DNA of 64,000 bases from an uncultured Chloroflexia bacterium (GCA_963780375.1 CAWABV010000004.1:35662-99661), one strand, 5' to 3'; numbered from the stretch's first letter, positions 48,875 through 63,714 are shown. Translations and numbers: made by a program. Notes: generated from the letters alone by a model not told the origin.

Positions 48875-48889
48875 CCAGTCTATACCGGT
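48875..48889. promoter_or_regulatory. Second dre-like operator upstream of the regulator gene
   Basis: AGTCTATACC, a two-mismatch variant of GGTCTAGACC. Confidence 0.4.
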
Positions 48890-48896
48890 TCGCCCG

Positions 48897-52900
<4,004 letters not shown>

Positions 52901-53014
52901 TTATCGATCTCGTTGGGACGGACACCAGCCCCGTCAACCTGCTGATCACTGGCAAGCTGGCGGCGGCCTGGCCCCCGGACCGGTCGGTCGGGCTGATACC
53001 TTCCGCCGATGGAA

Positions 53015-53105
53015 ATGCCAGGAGGGTCCAGCGCGCTCGCGTCCTCCGTCGTCGATGTCATCGGGCAGACGCCTCTCGTCGAGCTGTCCCGCCGAAGTAC
53101 CTCTC
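53015..53105 (+). pseudogene. N-terminal remnant of a cysteine synthase-like (PALP) gene
   Basis: SSVVDVIGQTPLVELSR resembles the conserved IG.TPLV.L start; similarity ends immediately after. Confidence 0.45.
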
Positions 53106-53129
53106 GACAGACCTCTGGCCGGAGTAGTC

Positions 53130-54022
53130 CTACTCGGCTAGCACGGTATCGGTCGGTGGAAGGGTGGCTCCCGGTCCGACCAGGATGTCGACCCCGAAGC
53201 TGTCTTCCCTCATGCCGTCCGCTAGGTAGCCGCTCACCCAGACTCGAGTGGGGACCCGGCGTCGTGTCGCGCGGGATCCGGACATCGTGTCACTACGGAC
53301 CCGGTCGAAGAGGTGCTGGCCATCCCAAGGACCCGACAAGGTCGAGGCCAGCACTCTCCCTGGGTGGGGAAGGTGTCGATCGTGATGACAACGTGGCCCT
53401 TGGGCAGGAATCCCCCCGCTCGTACCGTCACGCGCTGTCCAGGCATGACGGTCTCGTCGTCGATGGTGATACCGAGGGGCGAGAGGGAGACCACGACGAA
53501 CGCCTCGGCCCAGCAATCGTCGCTCGCCTTCACGGTGACACTCTGTTCACCGGCCCGGGCATCGGTCGGGACGATACCGGTCACCATCGCGGCGCCGTGA
53601 CCGTCCGTCATTCCGGTGCCGATCTGCGGCTGACCGACACCTATGTCGAAGATGGACCCGAGGAACATCGTCACCGTGACATTCGGTGGAAACCCACTGA
53701 TCGGGACGCGGACAGGGCCGCCAACGTGTACGTAGGTCGTGTCGGCATTTACCCAGCCGGACTCGCACACGATCGACGGAGGTTCGGGCAGCGATGGTGT
53801 CGTGGTTGGCTCCGGGACCGACGTCGGTGTCGGGGTCGGAGCCAGTGTCGGCTCAGGTGTCGCGGTCGGAGTGGGCGTCACTGGCTGGTTCGGCGTGGCT
53901 GTCGGCGTCGGCGAGGGCGTCTCGTCCGCACGGACCGGAGTCGTCGTGGCCATCGCGAAGGCCAGCACGGACGTGATCGCGACCGCAGCGACCCACGAAC
54001 TGTTTTGTCGACTCTGGCGCAT
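53130..54022 (-). CDS. Secreted P/T-rich protein with two beta-rich repeats, frameshifted near 53285
   Basis: Signal peptide ending VRA-D; PT linker; repeated GF.P..V.I pattern; second frame ends GATLPPTDTVLAE. Confidence 0.6.
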
Positions 54023-54171
54023 GGCTCGAACCTCCTGACGAGCACATGACGCCGATCACTCGTGGTTCTTGCACCTGACGCAGTCGTGCGTCACCCCCAC
54101 GTCACGACGACGCGGACCGTGCACACTCGATGGTCCGTCGGCGCAGAGCGCGACAGAAGGAGGGTCGAACC

Positions 54172-54459
54172 GTGTGCTGCATCATCGCCGCGCTGTTCGC
54201 GTTCGGTCCGCGGGCGGCCATCCTGGTCTGGTGGCTGGTCGACCAGGTCCGCTGGAACCAGGCGTTCGACACGTTCCTCTGGCCGCTGGCCGGCTTCCTC
54301 GTCGCGCCGTGGACGACCCTGATGTACGTGGTCGTGTTCCCGGCCGGCATCACCGGGTTCGACTGGATCTGGCTCGCGATCGGAGTCGCGTTCGACCTTT
54401 TCTCGTGGTCGGGTGGCGCCTACACCGGCCGCAATCGCTACTCGACGTACCGCGCCTGA
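54172..54459 (+). CDS. Small integral membrane protein
   Basis: AAGGAGG RBS, GTG start; GPRAAI, PWTTLMY; three hydrophobic segments. Confidence 0.75.
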   Translation: MCCIIAALFAFGPRAAILVWWLVDQVRWNQAFDTFLWPLAGFLVAPWTTLMYVVVFPAGITGFDWIWLAIGVAFDLFSWSGGAYTGRNRYSTYRA

Positions 54460-54463
54460 TCGT

Positions 54464-54943
54464 TCAAGTCTTCTGCGCGGCGAGCGGGAGTTCCAGGACA
54501 GTCGCCCCCGACTCGCTGGCGATCGACCGCCACGATCGATCGCTCGTGATCACGAGTTCGGTATCCACCACGCGCGCTGAAGCCAAGATCAGCGCGTCCG
54601 GCATGCGCAGGCTGGTCAACGCGCGGATGCGAGCGCCCTCGCGGGCGACCTCGTAGTCGATCGGAACGATCCGTATGTCCGCGAAATGGCGCAGAAAGCC
54701 CTCAGCGATGGCCACGGCTGCTGATCCCTGGCGGAACGGGCGAACGAGGATCTCGCCCACGGTGATCGCCGAGACCGACGCCTGATTGCGGCCGGAAGCG
54801 ACGAAACCATCGAACAGCTGCTCGGCATCGGCGCTCGCCGGTTCGCCGCCTACGAGGTAGGCAAGGACGACCGAGGTGTCGATCAGCAGCGACGCACCGG
54901 CTGGGATGCGCGTCGCGAGATCGCCTCGAGCTGCGCGGGTCAC
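54464..54943 (-). CDS. vapC: PIN-domain toxin (VapC-like)
   Basis: LLIDTSVVLAYL, TVGEIL, LRMPDALILASA, ITSD; GTGA overlap with antitoxin. Confidence 0.88.
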   Translation of the reverse strand: MTRAARGDLATRIPAGASLLIDTSVVLAYLVGGEPASADAEQLFDGFVASGRNQASVSAITVGEILVRPFRQGSAAVAIAEGFLRHFADIRIVPIDYEVAREGARIRALTSLRMPDALILASARVVDTELVITSDRSWRSIASESGATVLELPLAAQKT

Positions 54944-55185
54944 CCGCGCTTCCAGCTTCCGCGCTCCCCCGCCAGATAGTCGGCTGTGTCGCCGTAGACA
55001 TCGCGCAGCGTGCTCGCGTAGCTCTTCCGGATCCGGTGGAGGCGGATGGTGTCGGGCTCCTCGGGCGAGACTTCGACGAGGAAGCGGTCCCCTTGTCGGA
55101 GGCCCACGGCGTCGACGACCTCTTCCGGGATCGTGAGTTGGCTCTTCGCACGCAAGCGCGCCTCGGCGTTGGCGGGTCGGTTCAT
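54940..55185 (-). CDS. vapB: AbrB/MazE-type antitoxin (VapB-like)
   Basis: RLRAKSQLTIPEEV..AVGLRQGD. Confidence 0.85.
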   Translation of the reverse strand: MNRPANAEARLRAKSQLTIPEEVVDAVGLRQGDRFLVEVSPEEPDTIRLHRIRKSYASTLRDVYGDTADYLAGERGSWKRG

Positions 55186-55203
55186 GTCGGAGACTGTACG
55201 GCT

Positions 55204-55257
55204 GAGTCGTACTGGCGGTCAAGCGGTAGGAATCAAGTCAAGGTCGTCGTACGACTC
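55204..55257. promoter_or_regulatory. Inverted repeats in the vapBC promoter region (likely autoregulatory operator)
   Basis: GAGTCGTAC (55204-55212) / GTACGACTC (55249-55257); palindrome GTCGTACGAC at 55246-55255. Confidence 0.45.
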
Positions 55258-55293
55258 GCTTCTGGCATGTCAGCGGTCGCGGGCCGATCGACC

Positions 55294-55881
55294 CTAGCCG
55301 TCGCGGTCGGTGGAATAGGTCGCGACCATCACGCCAGTCGACGTCGTCTTCGAGTCCTGGAGCTTGAGGCCGGCGTCGGGCACGCCGTCATCGAATAGCC
55401 GCTGACCCGTACCGAGCACGAGCGGGTGGATGAGCAGGATGTAGGCATCGACCAGCCCGTCCTTCATCAACCCGCGCAGGAGCTTGCCACTACCGAGCAC
55501 GACGATGTCCTTGCCCGGCCGCTCTCGGAGCTTGGCGACTTCCTCGTTCACGTCGCCCTTGATGAGCGTCGAGTTCGGCCACGGCAGCGGCTCCTCGAGC
55601 TTCGTCGAAGCGACGTACTTCGGTGAGGAATTGAGCATGTCCTTGAACGGACCGCCCTGCTTGTTCCACGACTCGAGCAGGTCCTCGTAGGTCCGCCTGC
55701 CGAGCAGCAGGGCCTCCGTGTTCGCCATGCCCTCGGCGGCGAGCTTGCCGGACTCCTCGTCGGCGTACTTTGCGGCCCAGCCGCCGTGCTCGAACCCGCC
55801 GCGGGTGTCCTCGTCGGGCCTGCCGGGTGCCTGCATGACGCCATCGAGCGTGACGCTGGTGAATGCGACGACTCGTGCCAT
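55294..55881 (-). CDS. Dihydrofolate reductase/RibD C-terminal domain protein
   Basis: TLDGVMQAPG..EDT.GGF.HGGW, LLGRRTYE, GLVD...LIHPLVLGTG. Confidence 0.9.
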   Translation of the reverse strand: MARVVAFTSVTLDGVMQAPGRPDEDTRGGFEHGGWAAKYADEESGKLAAEGMANTEALLLGRRTYEDLLESWNKQGGPFKDMLNSSPKYVASTKLEEPLPWPNSTLIKGDVNEEVAKLRERPGKDIVVLGSGKLLRGLMKDGLVDAYILLIHPLVLGTGQRLFDDGVPDAGLKLQDSKTTSTGVMVATYSTDRDG

Positions 55882-56007
55882 CGTCGACCTCCTTCTAGAA
55901 GCTGCCGGTCGCGATCGCGGCCGTTAAGCGATCACTGACAGACCAAGGCAGCGCGACGCCCGTCAAGAGCGAACGTTCGAGATCCCACCACGCTCGCACT
56001 CGTCACT

Positions 56008-58002
56008 TCACCGTGACGGCACCGAGGCGGACGCGACTGTCGCGCCGGCACGGGCGCCCTCCGAGGTCGCGTCCATCAGCGTCCGGGGCGAGAGGGCGTC
56101 GCCGACGACCGTCACCGGCAGGCTTGGCGCCGTTGAGGCGAGATCGTCGCGGAGCGTCGTAAGCGCCTTGCGGCGTCCGGTGATGACGATCAGACCGACA
56201 CCCTCGCGCTGCTCCTGCTGCTCGCTGTAGAGGTGGCGCAGCGTGACGACGCCACCGTCCAAGCTCGAAACGCCCGCGAGGTTCGGGCTGAGCCGCACGC
56301 CATCGCGCGCCAGCTTCTGCAGCACGAGCGGCGACTGCGTGGCGTCGATCAGGTCGCCGACCGACTTGAAGGTCGTCGCGATCTCGACCTCGAAGCCGGC
56401 GGCGATCAGGACTTCGGCAGCAGTCGGCGCGAGTTGCTGGCCGTCGTCATCGAGGATGAGCGCCGAGCCGGATGTCGGGTCGGGAAGGTCGGCCCCTTCG
56501 AGCAGCTCGTCGACATCGAGAACCGGCACCGGACCGGGGATACGCGCCTCCGGCCGAAGGATCGAGCCCGTCGCAACGATGACGGCGTCGGGCTTCTCGG
56601 CGAGCACGGCCGCAGCGTCCGCTTCGACGCCCACCCGGATCTCTGCCGCCGGCTACATCTGCCTCCTCGCGCAGCCAGTCGACATACAACGCCCAGCGAT
56701 CGCGACCGGACCGCAGCCCCGCCAGCCGAGCGCGACCGCCGAGCTCGGACCGCCGCTCGAACAGCACGACGTGGTGACCCCGCTGAGCCGCCGCCCGAGC
56801 CGCCTCCAGCCCGGCCACCCCTCCCCCGACGACCACGACTCGTGCCGGCTCCTCGACCGGCGAAGCATCCGCCAGCCCTGGATTCCGGATCGCCGGATTG
56901 ACCGAGCAGTACATCGGCATGCCCGTGTACAGCCGGCCGATGCAGCCGTCGTTGAGCCCGATGCACGGCCTCGGCCGCCGACCATCCGCGACCTTCGATG
57001 GCAGGTCGGGGTCGGCGATCATCGCCCGCGTCATCGCCACGAGATCGACCCCGCCGGCCAGGACCTCCTCGGCCATCGACGGCTCGACGTTCCGCCCCGC
57101 GACCAGCGTCGGCACGCCGACCTCGCGCCGGAACCGGATCGCCCGCTCGTTGAAGACGCCCTCGGGCAGCATGTCGCCCGGGACGAAGTAGCCCGTCGAC
57201 AGCCGAGACGCGCCGGTCCCAGCCGCTGACACTGAAGAGGTCGACTGCCCCGGTCGACGCCAGCACCCGCGCGATCTCGATCATCTCGTCCGGGCCCAGA
57301 CCGCCGGTCAGGCATTGGTCCAGCGTCATCCGGAACCCGACGATGAACCGGTCGGACACCGCGGCCCGCACGGCCAGCAGCACCTCGCGCGCGAGCCGCG
57401 TCCGGTTTTCCAGCGAGCCGCCGTAGGCGTCGGTCCGGGTGTTGACCAGCGGGTCGAAGAACTGCTCGAGCAGGTGCCCGCCGTACGACGTGACCTCGAT
57501 GCCATCGAGCCCGCAGCGCTCGAGCCGGCGGGCGACGTCGGCGAAGCGCTCGACGATGGCCGGCAGCTCGTCTGGTCGCGAGCGGCACCGGCACCTCCAT
57601 GTGGACGCCCTCGGGCAGGTCCGACGCGGCGCGCAGCGGGATGCCCGAGATGACCGACGTGCCGCGCCGGCCCATGTGTGTCGCCTGCGAGATCACCAGC
57701 GCGCCGTGCTCGTGCACGCCGTCGGCCAAAGCCCGGAGCGCCGGCTCGTTGCGCTCATCCCAGAGGGCGATCGAGCCGTACGACGCTTCGGTCGACGGGT
57801 CGACCGACGCCGACCCGAACGTCATCACCAGCCCGCAGCCGCCGGCCGCCTTGCGGACGTGGTAATCGACCTCGCTGCGGTCGATCAGCCCGTCGCGGCT
57901 CCAGCCGGTCGCATGCGGCGTCGAGACGATGCGGTTCCGCAGCTCGCGCCCGCGGATCTCGAACGGCGACAGGAGAAGTGGGTAGCGCACGGCGGCATCC
58001 AC
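56008..58002 (-). CDS. OYE-family NADH:flavin oxidoreductase with a C-terminal FAD/NAD domain, frameshifted near 57575, 57220 and 56645
   Basis: LRNRIVSTPH, QATHMGR, RAMIADP, CIGLNDGC...CSVNP, VVVVGGGVAGLEAA, VIVATGS, VGDALSPR across frames. Confidence 0.85.
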
Positions 58003-58133
58003 GGGCCTATGGACGCGTCGTCTGGGGCTGGACGGCGACCTCGTTTCCCCGGACCGCCCCGTTGTTGATCTCGATCCGATACAACACGGTGCTTCCGATT
58101 ATCCGACCCGACACACCACCCAAGGCGTTCCCC

Positions 58134-58189
58134 TTGACCGCGCAGGCAGGCCGTCGCATCCTACCGGCGCCAGCCGGCAACGCTGCCGG
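58134..58189 (+). promoter_or_regulatory. Putative sigma-70 promoter with a downstream LacI-like operator
   Basis: TTGACC-N17-CATCCT followed by the inverted repeat CCGGCA-ACGC-TGCCGG with central CG. Confidence 0.4.
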
Positions 58190-58485
58190 TTCGAGGACGA
58201 TGCCCACCGCCAGCGATGCCAGTTCGAGCCGAAGGCCCTGGGTGGTGCGGTGTCGGAGCGCGATCGAGCCGGCGCGGGTCGACCCTGAGATGGCACCGTG
58301 GATCGCGTCTCGTTCGGTCCATCAGGTGACCTAGTGGCGATGGAGGCTCGCGCGAGGAGGCGCGAGCCGCGGCCAGCCCGGTTTCGCAGCTTCGAGACTG
58401 CAAGAACGAAGGAGGTGGCAGAGCCAAAAGCGGCGTCGACCGCGGGCCCACACCGCGGTTCCGAGCGCGCAGAGGAGGATCCCGG

Positions 58486-59775
58486 ATGAGGAACAGATCA
58501 CTGGTGCTGCTCGGGGTGATGGTCATCGCCTTCGCAGCCGCCTGCCAGGGCGCCCAGCAGGGCGGGAAGCCCGCGAAACTGACGGTCGCGGCCCTCCAAG
58601 GCGATGAGAGCCTCGGCTTGAAGGCGATCGCCTCGAGTTGCGGGACGCAGATCGGGACGACGATCGAGTTCGTCGACAATCCCTACGACGCCCTGTACGA
58701 GAAGCTCGTCACCACCTTCCAGGCGAACGACGCCACGTTCGACCTGGTGATGATCGACGATCCGTGGATGCCGAAGTTCGGCACTGACGGATCCTTCCAG
58801 GACCTTGGCCAGTTCGGCATCAAGAGCGATCCCGACATCGCGCAGATCGTCTGGGACGTCGGCACCTGGCCGCCCCCGCACGGAGCCGTGCCGCCGAGCG
58901 AAAAGGGCAAGCCGGCCCAGCTGCTCGGCGTGACCGTCGTCGGGAATGTCGAGATGTTCATGAACCGAAGCGACGTGCTGCCTGCCCCCAAGACCTACGA
59001 CGAGGTGCTGGCGAACGCGAAGGCCCAGGACAAAGCCGACTTCGCGGGCTACATCATCCGTGGGAAGGCCACGAACCCCGTGACCGCCGACTTCCTGCCG
59101 ATCCTCTGGTCGTTCGGTGGGGACGTCTTCGATGACGACTGGAACGTCGTCTTCGACAACGACGCGTCCAAAGCGGCCATCAAGTTCCTCGTCGAGGACC
59201 TGAAAGCCGCAGCTCAGGATGACCCGGCCAACACGGATGCCGCAGACCGATCGCAACTCTTCTCCACGGGGAAGGGTCTGCAGTCGTCCGTCTGGCCAGG
59301 CGAGATCGCCGGCATCGTCAACAACGCGGAGACATCGCAAGTCATCGGCAAGGCCGAATACACGCCGATCCCGGCCGGCCCATCCGGCAAAGGCATCGGC
59401 ATGATGGGCAACTGGATGCTCGCCATCCCGAAGGCATCGAAGAACGGGGCCACCGCGGCCGAGTTCATCAAGTGCGCGATGTCCGCCGACTCGCAGAAGA
59501 CCATGGCAGCCAACAAGGGCATCCCGTCGCGGACGAGCGTCTTGAACGACGCCGAGCTCGGCAAGACCAACCCGTACTTCCCTGTCCTGGCGCAGGCCCT
59601 CACTGTGCCTCCCAACTGGCGTCCTCGGACCGACCAATGGAACGCCGTCGAGAAGATCATCGGAACGCACCTCAACAACGCCCTTGCGGGTGGTGAGACG
59701 GCCGATGATGTCGCGACAAAGGCGTCGGCAGAGATCCGGACCCTGATGCAGGGAGCCGGCTACCCGACCAAGTAG
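58486..59775 (+). CDS. Sugar/polyol ABC transporter substrate-binding lipoprotein
   Basis: AAAC lipobox, FDLVMIDDPW; GAGGAGG RBS. Confidence 0.92.
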   Translation: MRNRSLVLLGVMVIAFAAACQGAQQGGKPAKLTVAALQGDESLGLKAIASSCGTQIGTTIEFVDNPYDALYEKLVTTFQANDATFDLVMIDDPWMPKFGTDGSFQDLGQFGIKSDPDIAQIVWDVGTWPPPHGAVPPSEKGKPAQLLGVTVVGNVEMFMNRSDVLPAPKTYDEVLANAKAQDKADFAGYIIRGKATNPVTADFLPILWSFGGDVFDDDWNVVFDNDASKAAIKFLVEDLKAAAQDDPANTDAADRSQLFSTGKGLQSSVWPGEIAGIVNNAETSQVIGKAEYTPIPAGPSGKGIGMMGNWMLAIPKASKNGATAAEFIKCAMSADSQKTMAANKGIPSRTSVLNDAELGKTNPYFPVLAQALTVPPNWRPRTDQWNAVEKIIGTHLNNALAGGETADDVATKASAEIRTLMQGAGYPTK

Positions 59776-59799
59776 TCCAGTCATAGCGGAAGTGTCGAA

Positions 59800-59841
59800 G
59801 GCCGGCCGGCCCGCGGTCCTTGGATCGCGGTCCGGCCGGCC
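59800..59841. other. Intercistronic stem-loop after the substrate-binding gene
   Basis: GGCCGGCCGG...CCGGCCGGCC with an inner CCGCG/CGCGG stem. Confidence 0.55.
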
Positions 59842-59853
59842 ACGCTATCCCTC

Positions 59854-60759
59854 ATGACGACGATCGCTGCGCGCCTCCGTATCGGACCGGGCGCCACCGC
59901 GACCAGGCCCGAGCGGCTGGCCTTCCGGCTGCTGCTGCCCGTCTTCGGGACGGTCGTGGTAGTCGCCACCATCCCGTTCGTCCTGGCTGTCATCGAGTCG
60001 GTCACGCGCGGCGGGGAGTTCGTCGGTCTCGCGAACTACATCCGGGCGCTGAGCAACCCGGCGCTCGCGGAATCCGTACGCCAGACGGCGATCTACGGTC
60101 TCATCGTCGTCCCATCCGAGATCCTGCTCGGGATGGGCCTTGCCCTGCTCGTCCACAGGACGATCCGCTCGGCAGCCGTGAAGGCGGCGATCTACGTCCT
60201 GGCCATCATCCCGATCGTCATCCCCGGCGTCGCGGCTGGCGTGATCTTTCGGCTGATCTATGCACCCGAATACGGCCTGCTGAACTTCATCCTCGAGCAG
60301 CTGGGGATCATCCAGCAGCAGATCCTCTGGCTGTCGGTGCCACCGCTTGCGATGCTTTCCGTGGCCAGCGTCGACATCTGGCAGTGGACGGCATTCGTCT
60401 ATCTCGTCCTCTTCGCCGCGCTCCAGACCGTGCCACACGAAGCCGTCGAGGCGGCCCAGGTGGACGGGGCCACCTCATGGGCCCAATTCCGCCACATCGA
60501 GCTTCCCTTCATCCGACCGCTCGTGCTGCTGGTGCTGTTCTTCCGGATCGCCGACGTCCTACGGGTCTTCGACCACGTCTTCATCCTGACCGGCGGCGGG
60601 CCCGGCACGACGACCGAGTTCCTCAGCCTCTACCTGTACCGGATCGCCTTCAAGTTCTCGGATCTTCCGCAGGCGGCAGCCCTGGCGGTCATGATGATGG
60701 TCGGGATGACGCTCTTCTACACGGTCATCCTCCGCTTCACGCCACTCGAGGCCGACTGA
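59854..60759 (+). CDS. Carbohydrate ABC transporter permease
   Basis: DIWQWT, EAAQVDGA, LTGGGPG. Confidence 0.92.
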   Translation: MTTIAARLRIGPGATATRPERLAFRLLLPVFGTVVVVATIPFVLAVIESVTRGGEFVGLANYIRALSNPALAESVRQTAIYGLIVVPSEILLGMGLALLVHRTIRSAAVKAAIYVLAIIPIVIPGVAAGVIFRLIYAPEYGLLNFILEQLGIIQQQILWLSVPPLAMLSVASVDIWQWTAFVYLVLFAALQTVPHEAVEAAQVDGATSWAQFRHIELPFIRPLVLLVLFFRIADVLRVFDHVFILTGGGPGTTTEFLSLYLYRIAFKFSDLPQAAALAVMMMVGMTLFYTVILRFTPLEAD

Positions 60760-61601
60760 TGCGACGGGGACGTCCGATGAGGCGGCTTCTGACGGTGATC
60801 GGGTTGCTCGCCGTCGGGCTCGTCTTCGTCTTTCCGCTCTACGTCCTGCTCGCGACGTCGCTCAAGCCCAAGGCCGAGCTCTTCCTGGGCGAGCCAACGC
60901 TGATCCCCCAGAGCCCGACGCTGGCGGCCTACGAGGACGTGCTGTTCGGCCGGAACATGATCACGCTGCTCGCGAACAGCGTCATCGTGGGCCTTGCCTC
61001 GACCATCCTGGCGCTCATCATCGCGATGGCGATCTGCTACCCGATCACCCGCCTGCCGACCACCCGCCGGACCCGGGCGAGCGTCATGAACTGGGCGCTC
61101 TCACTCCGGTTCCTGGCGCCGATCGCGGTCGTCATCCCGTACTTCACGATCGTCCGCACGCTCGGGATCTACAACCAGCTGCCAGCGCTGATCCTCGTCT
61201 ACACGATCTTCAACCTGCCGCTGTCGATCTGGATGCTCAGGGGCTTCCTGCGCGAGATCCCACTCGAGCTCGAGGAGGCCGCCTTGGTGGACGGCGGCTC
61301 TCGCTGGCAAGCGTTCCGCCACGTGCTGCTGCCGTTGAGCCGGATCGGCGTGCTGGCTGCCGGGATCATCGTCTTCGCTTTCGACTGGGCCGAGTTCCAG
61401 TTCGCCTTCATCCTGACCGCGACACCTCAGTCCCAGACCTTTCCGGTCGGCGTGGCCGGGCTCGTCACGCAGTTCGAGATCATCTGGAACGAGATGGCCG
61501 CAGCAGCGGTCATCGCGATCGTCATCCCGGTCATCGTGATGTTCCTGGCGAGGCGCCATGTCGCGACCGGGCTGACCTTCGGCGCCATCCGCGAGAAGTA
61601 G
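60759..61601 (+). CDS. Carbohydrate ABC transporter permease
   Basis: EIPLELEEAALVDG; GLTFGAIR end; TGATG coupling. Confidence 0.92.
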   Translation: MRRGRPMRRLLTVIGLLAVGLVFVFPLYVLLATSLKPKAELFLGEPTLIPQSPTLAAYEDVLFGRNMITLLANSVIVGLASTILALIIAMAICYPITRLPTTRRTRASVMNWALSLRFLAPIAVVIPYFTIVRTLGIYNQLPALILVYTIFNLPLSIWMLRGFLREIPLELEEAALVDGGSRWQAFRHVLLPLSRIGVLAAGIIVFAFDWAEFQFAFILTATPQSQTFPVGVAGLVTQFEIIWNEMAAAAVIAIVIPVIVMFLARRHVATGLTFGAIREK

Positions 61602-61620
61602 CGAAGGGGAAAGGCGATCG

Positions 61621-62464
61621 ATGTCAGGGGCCGACCGCCGTTCGGCGACCCGCATCTACCTCAACGGCGCGACCATCATGACCACGAGCACCGCACGTCA
61701 CATCGAGGTCGCCCGTGCGGCCGGCTTCGATGGGGTAGAGGTCCGTGCCGAGCGACTCCTCGACGCGCCTGACGAGGTCAGCGAGGCGGCCGGCACCGTC
61801 GAGCCGGGCGAGGTTTGGAGCCTGAACGGGATCCAGCTCCAGCTTGGCTCCGACGGTCGGCTCGATCGGCGAACGACTCGAGGCCGAGCTGCCGCCACGG
61901 CTCGGGATCTGTCGATCCCTCGGTGCGTCATATCTCCTCGTCGTTCCGCCGCGGGCCCCGGGCGCCGAACGTGCCCCGTCGGTGGCAGCGATGCGCGATG
62001 GCCTCGCCCGCATCCGGGATGCCGCCGCGCCGATCGGGGTCGGCACGGCGTTCGAGTTCCTGGGTTTCAGGGATTGCCCGATCGACACGCCGGCGCTCGC
62101 GGCCGAGGTCGTGTCGGCCGTGCCGGGCGTCGAGCTCGTGCTGGACTCGTGCCACTGGCACGCCAGCGGCGCCGGCTCGCTCGACGGATACCCGGTCGAT
62201 CGTCTTGCGATGACCCACCTCAACGACGCACCGGCCAAGCCGCCGCGCGAGATCGAGGATGCGGATCGTGTCCTGCCGGGGGCGGGCGTGATCCGTCTCT
62301 CGGACCTGGTGGCGGACCTCACCGGACGGGGCTACCTCGGACCGTGGAGCCTCGAGACGTTCAACCCCGCGTACTGGGCGGACGACCCCAGCGAGATCGC
62401 CAGGACCGGCCTGCGTCTCCTCCGGGACCTGCTTGGGTCGCCCGCGGCCGGGAGCAGGGCATGA
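61621..62464 (+). CDS. Sugar-phosphate isomerase/epimerase (AP endonuclease 2 TIM barrel, IolI-like), frameshifted near 61870
   Basis: AGFDGVE; second frame FEFLGF, LDSCHW, HLNDA, DRVLPGAG, SLETFN. Confidence 0.85.
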
Positions 62465-62571
62465 AGATCGCCCTGCTGGGCGCCGGCCGGATCAGCGTGG
62501 CAGCATCGCGCTCGCGGATCGAGCATCGCCCGGTCCGCCTCGCGGAGATCGTCCGAGAGGCGTCTCGATGA
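62461..62571 (+). pseudogene. Internally deleted Gfo/Idh/MocA (IolG-like) dehydrogenase
   Basis: 36 aa: N-terminal MKIALLGAGRI joined directly to C-terminal-like SVAASRSRIEHRPVRLAEI. Confidence 0.65.
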
Positions 62572-63689
62572 GCGACGGATCAACGCCGGCGGAACGAGAA
62601 TCGACGGGACGCGTTCGCCGATCACATCGGCTCCGTGGCCAGTGGCACCTTCGAGCTGGCGGCGATCGCGATCGGGCTCAAGCTCGGTCTCTACCAGGCT
62701 CTGCGGGACGGCGGACCCGCGACCTCGATCGAGCTCGCGGAGCGAGCGGGCGCGAGTGAGCGACCGATCCGTGAGTGGCTCGAGCACGGCGCGGTCACCG
62801 GCCTGCTCGACGTCGTCGAGGATGCGGACGACCCGACGGCCCGCCGTTTCGGACTCTCGGCGGCGCCATGCCGAGGTCCTGTTGGATCGCGACTCGCTCG
62901 CTTACAAGGCACCGACCGCGACCCAGGTCCTGTCGGCGCTGGCGTCGATGCCCAACGTCCTGGAATCGTTTCTCACGGGCGCCGGCTTCGCGTACGGCAA
63001 CGCCGGCGAGGACATGCGCGTCGGCGAAGGGGAGGCGAATCGACCTTCCTACCTGGGTCCGCTCGGCCGGGACTGGCTGCCGTCGATCGAACCGCTCCAT
63101 CGCCGCCTCCTGGCCGATCCACCGGCTCGGATCGCGGACGTCGGCTGCGGCCTCGGCTGGGCGAGCATCGGCGTCGCGCTGGCCTATCCGCGTGTCCGCG
63201 TCGATGGCCTCGACCTCGACGGTCCGTCGATCGAGATGGCCAAGGAGCAATGCCGATTCCACGGGCGTCGCCGATCGCGTGCGCTTCTTCGTTGGCGATG
63301 CCGCCACGCCCGGCCTCGAGGGCCCGTACGACCTCGTGATGATGCTCGAGGCCTTCCACGACATGGCCCATCCGGTGCGCATCCTCGCGGAGCTCAGCCG
63401 ACTCCTGACCGACGAAGGCAGCATCCTGATCGTCGACATGAAGGTCGGTGAGACGTTCCGGGCCCCCGGCGACGTCCTCGAGCGGTACAACTACGGCTGG
63501 AGCGTCATGGACTGCCTGCACGTCGGCCTGCAGGATGGAGGTCGGGGCACGGGCACCGTCATGCGGCCCGCAACGCTCCGGGCGTACGCCCTCGAGGCTG
63601 GCCTGTCAGGGTTCGAGATCCTGCCGATCCAGCATGACCAGTGGCGCTTCTACCGCCTATGGCCTCAGGCGGTGGCGCCGCCTGCGTGA
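62568..63689 (+). CDS. Class I SAM-dependent methyltransferase with N-terminal winged HTH (Rv2258c-like), frameshifted near 62610, 62865 and 63250
   Basis: GLKLGLYQAL, IREWLE, IADVGCGLGW, GLDLD, EAFHDMAHP, GTVMRP. Confidence 0.85.
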
Positions 63690-63714
63690 TGGGTGCCCAG
63701 GGATCGCGTCTCCA

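Noticed and set aside
54464-55185. vapBC as a marker of a prophage or mobile island
   Set aside because: No integrase, transposase, att-like repeats or phage genes nearby.
58190-58485. Long leader or small ORF upstream of the second ABC operon
   Set aside because: No convincing RBS, coding motif or recognisable RNA structure.
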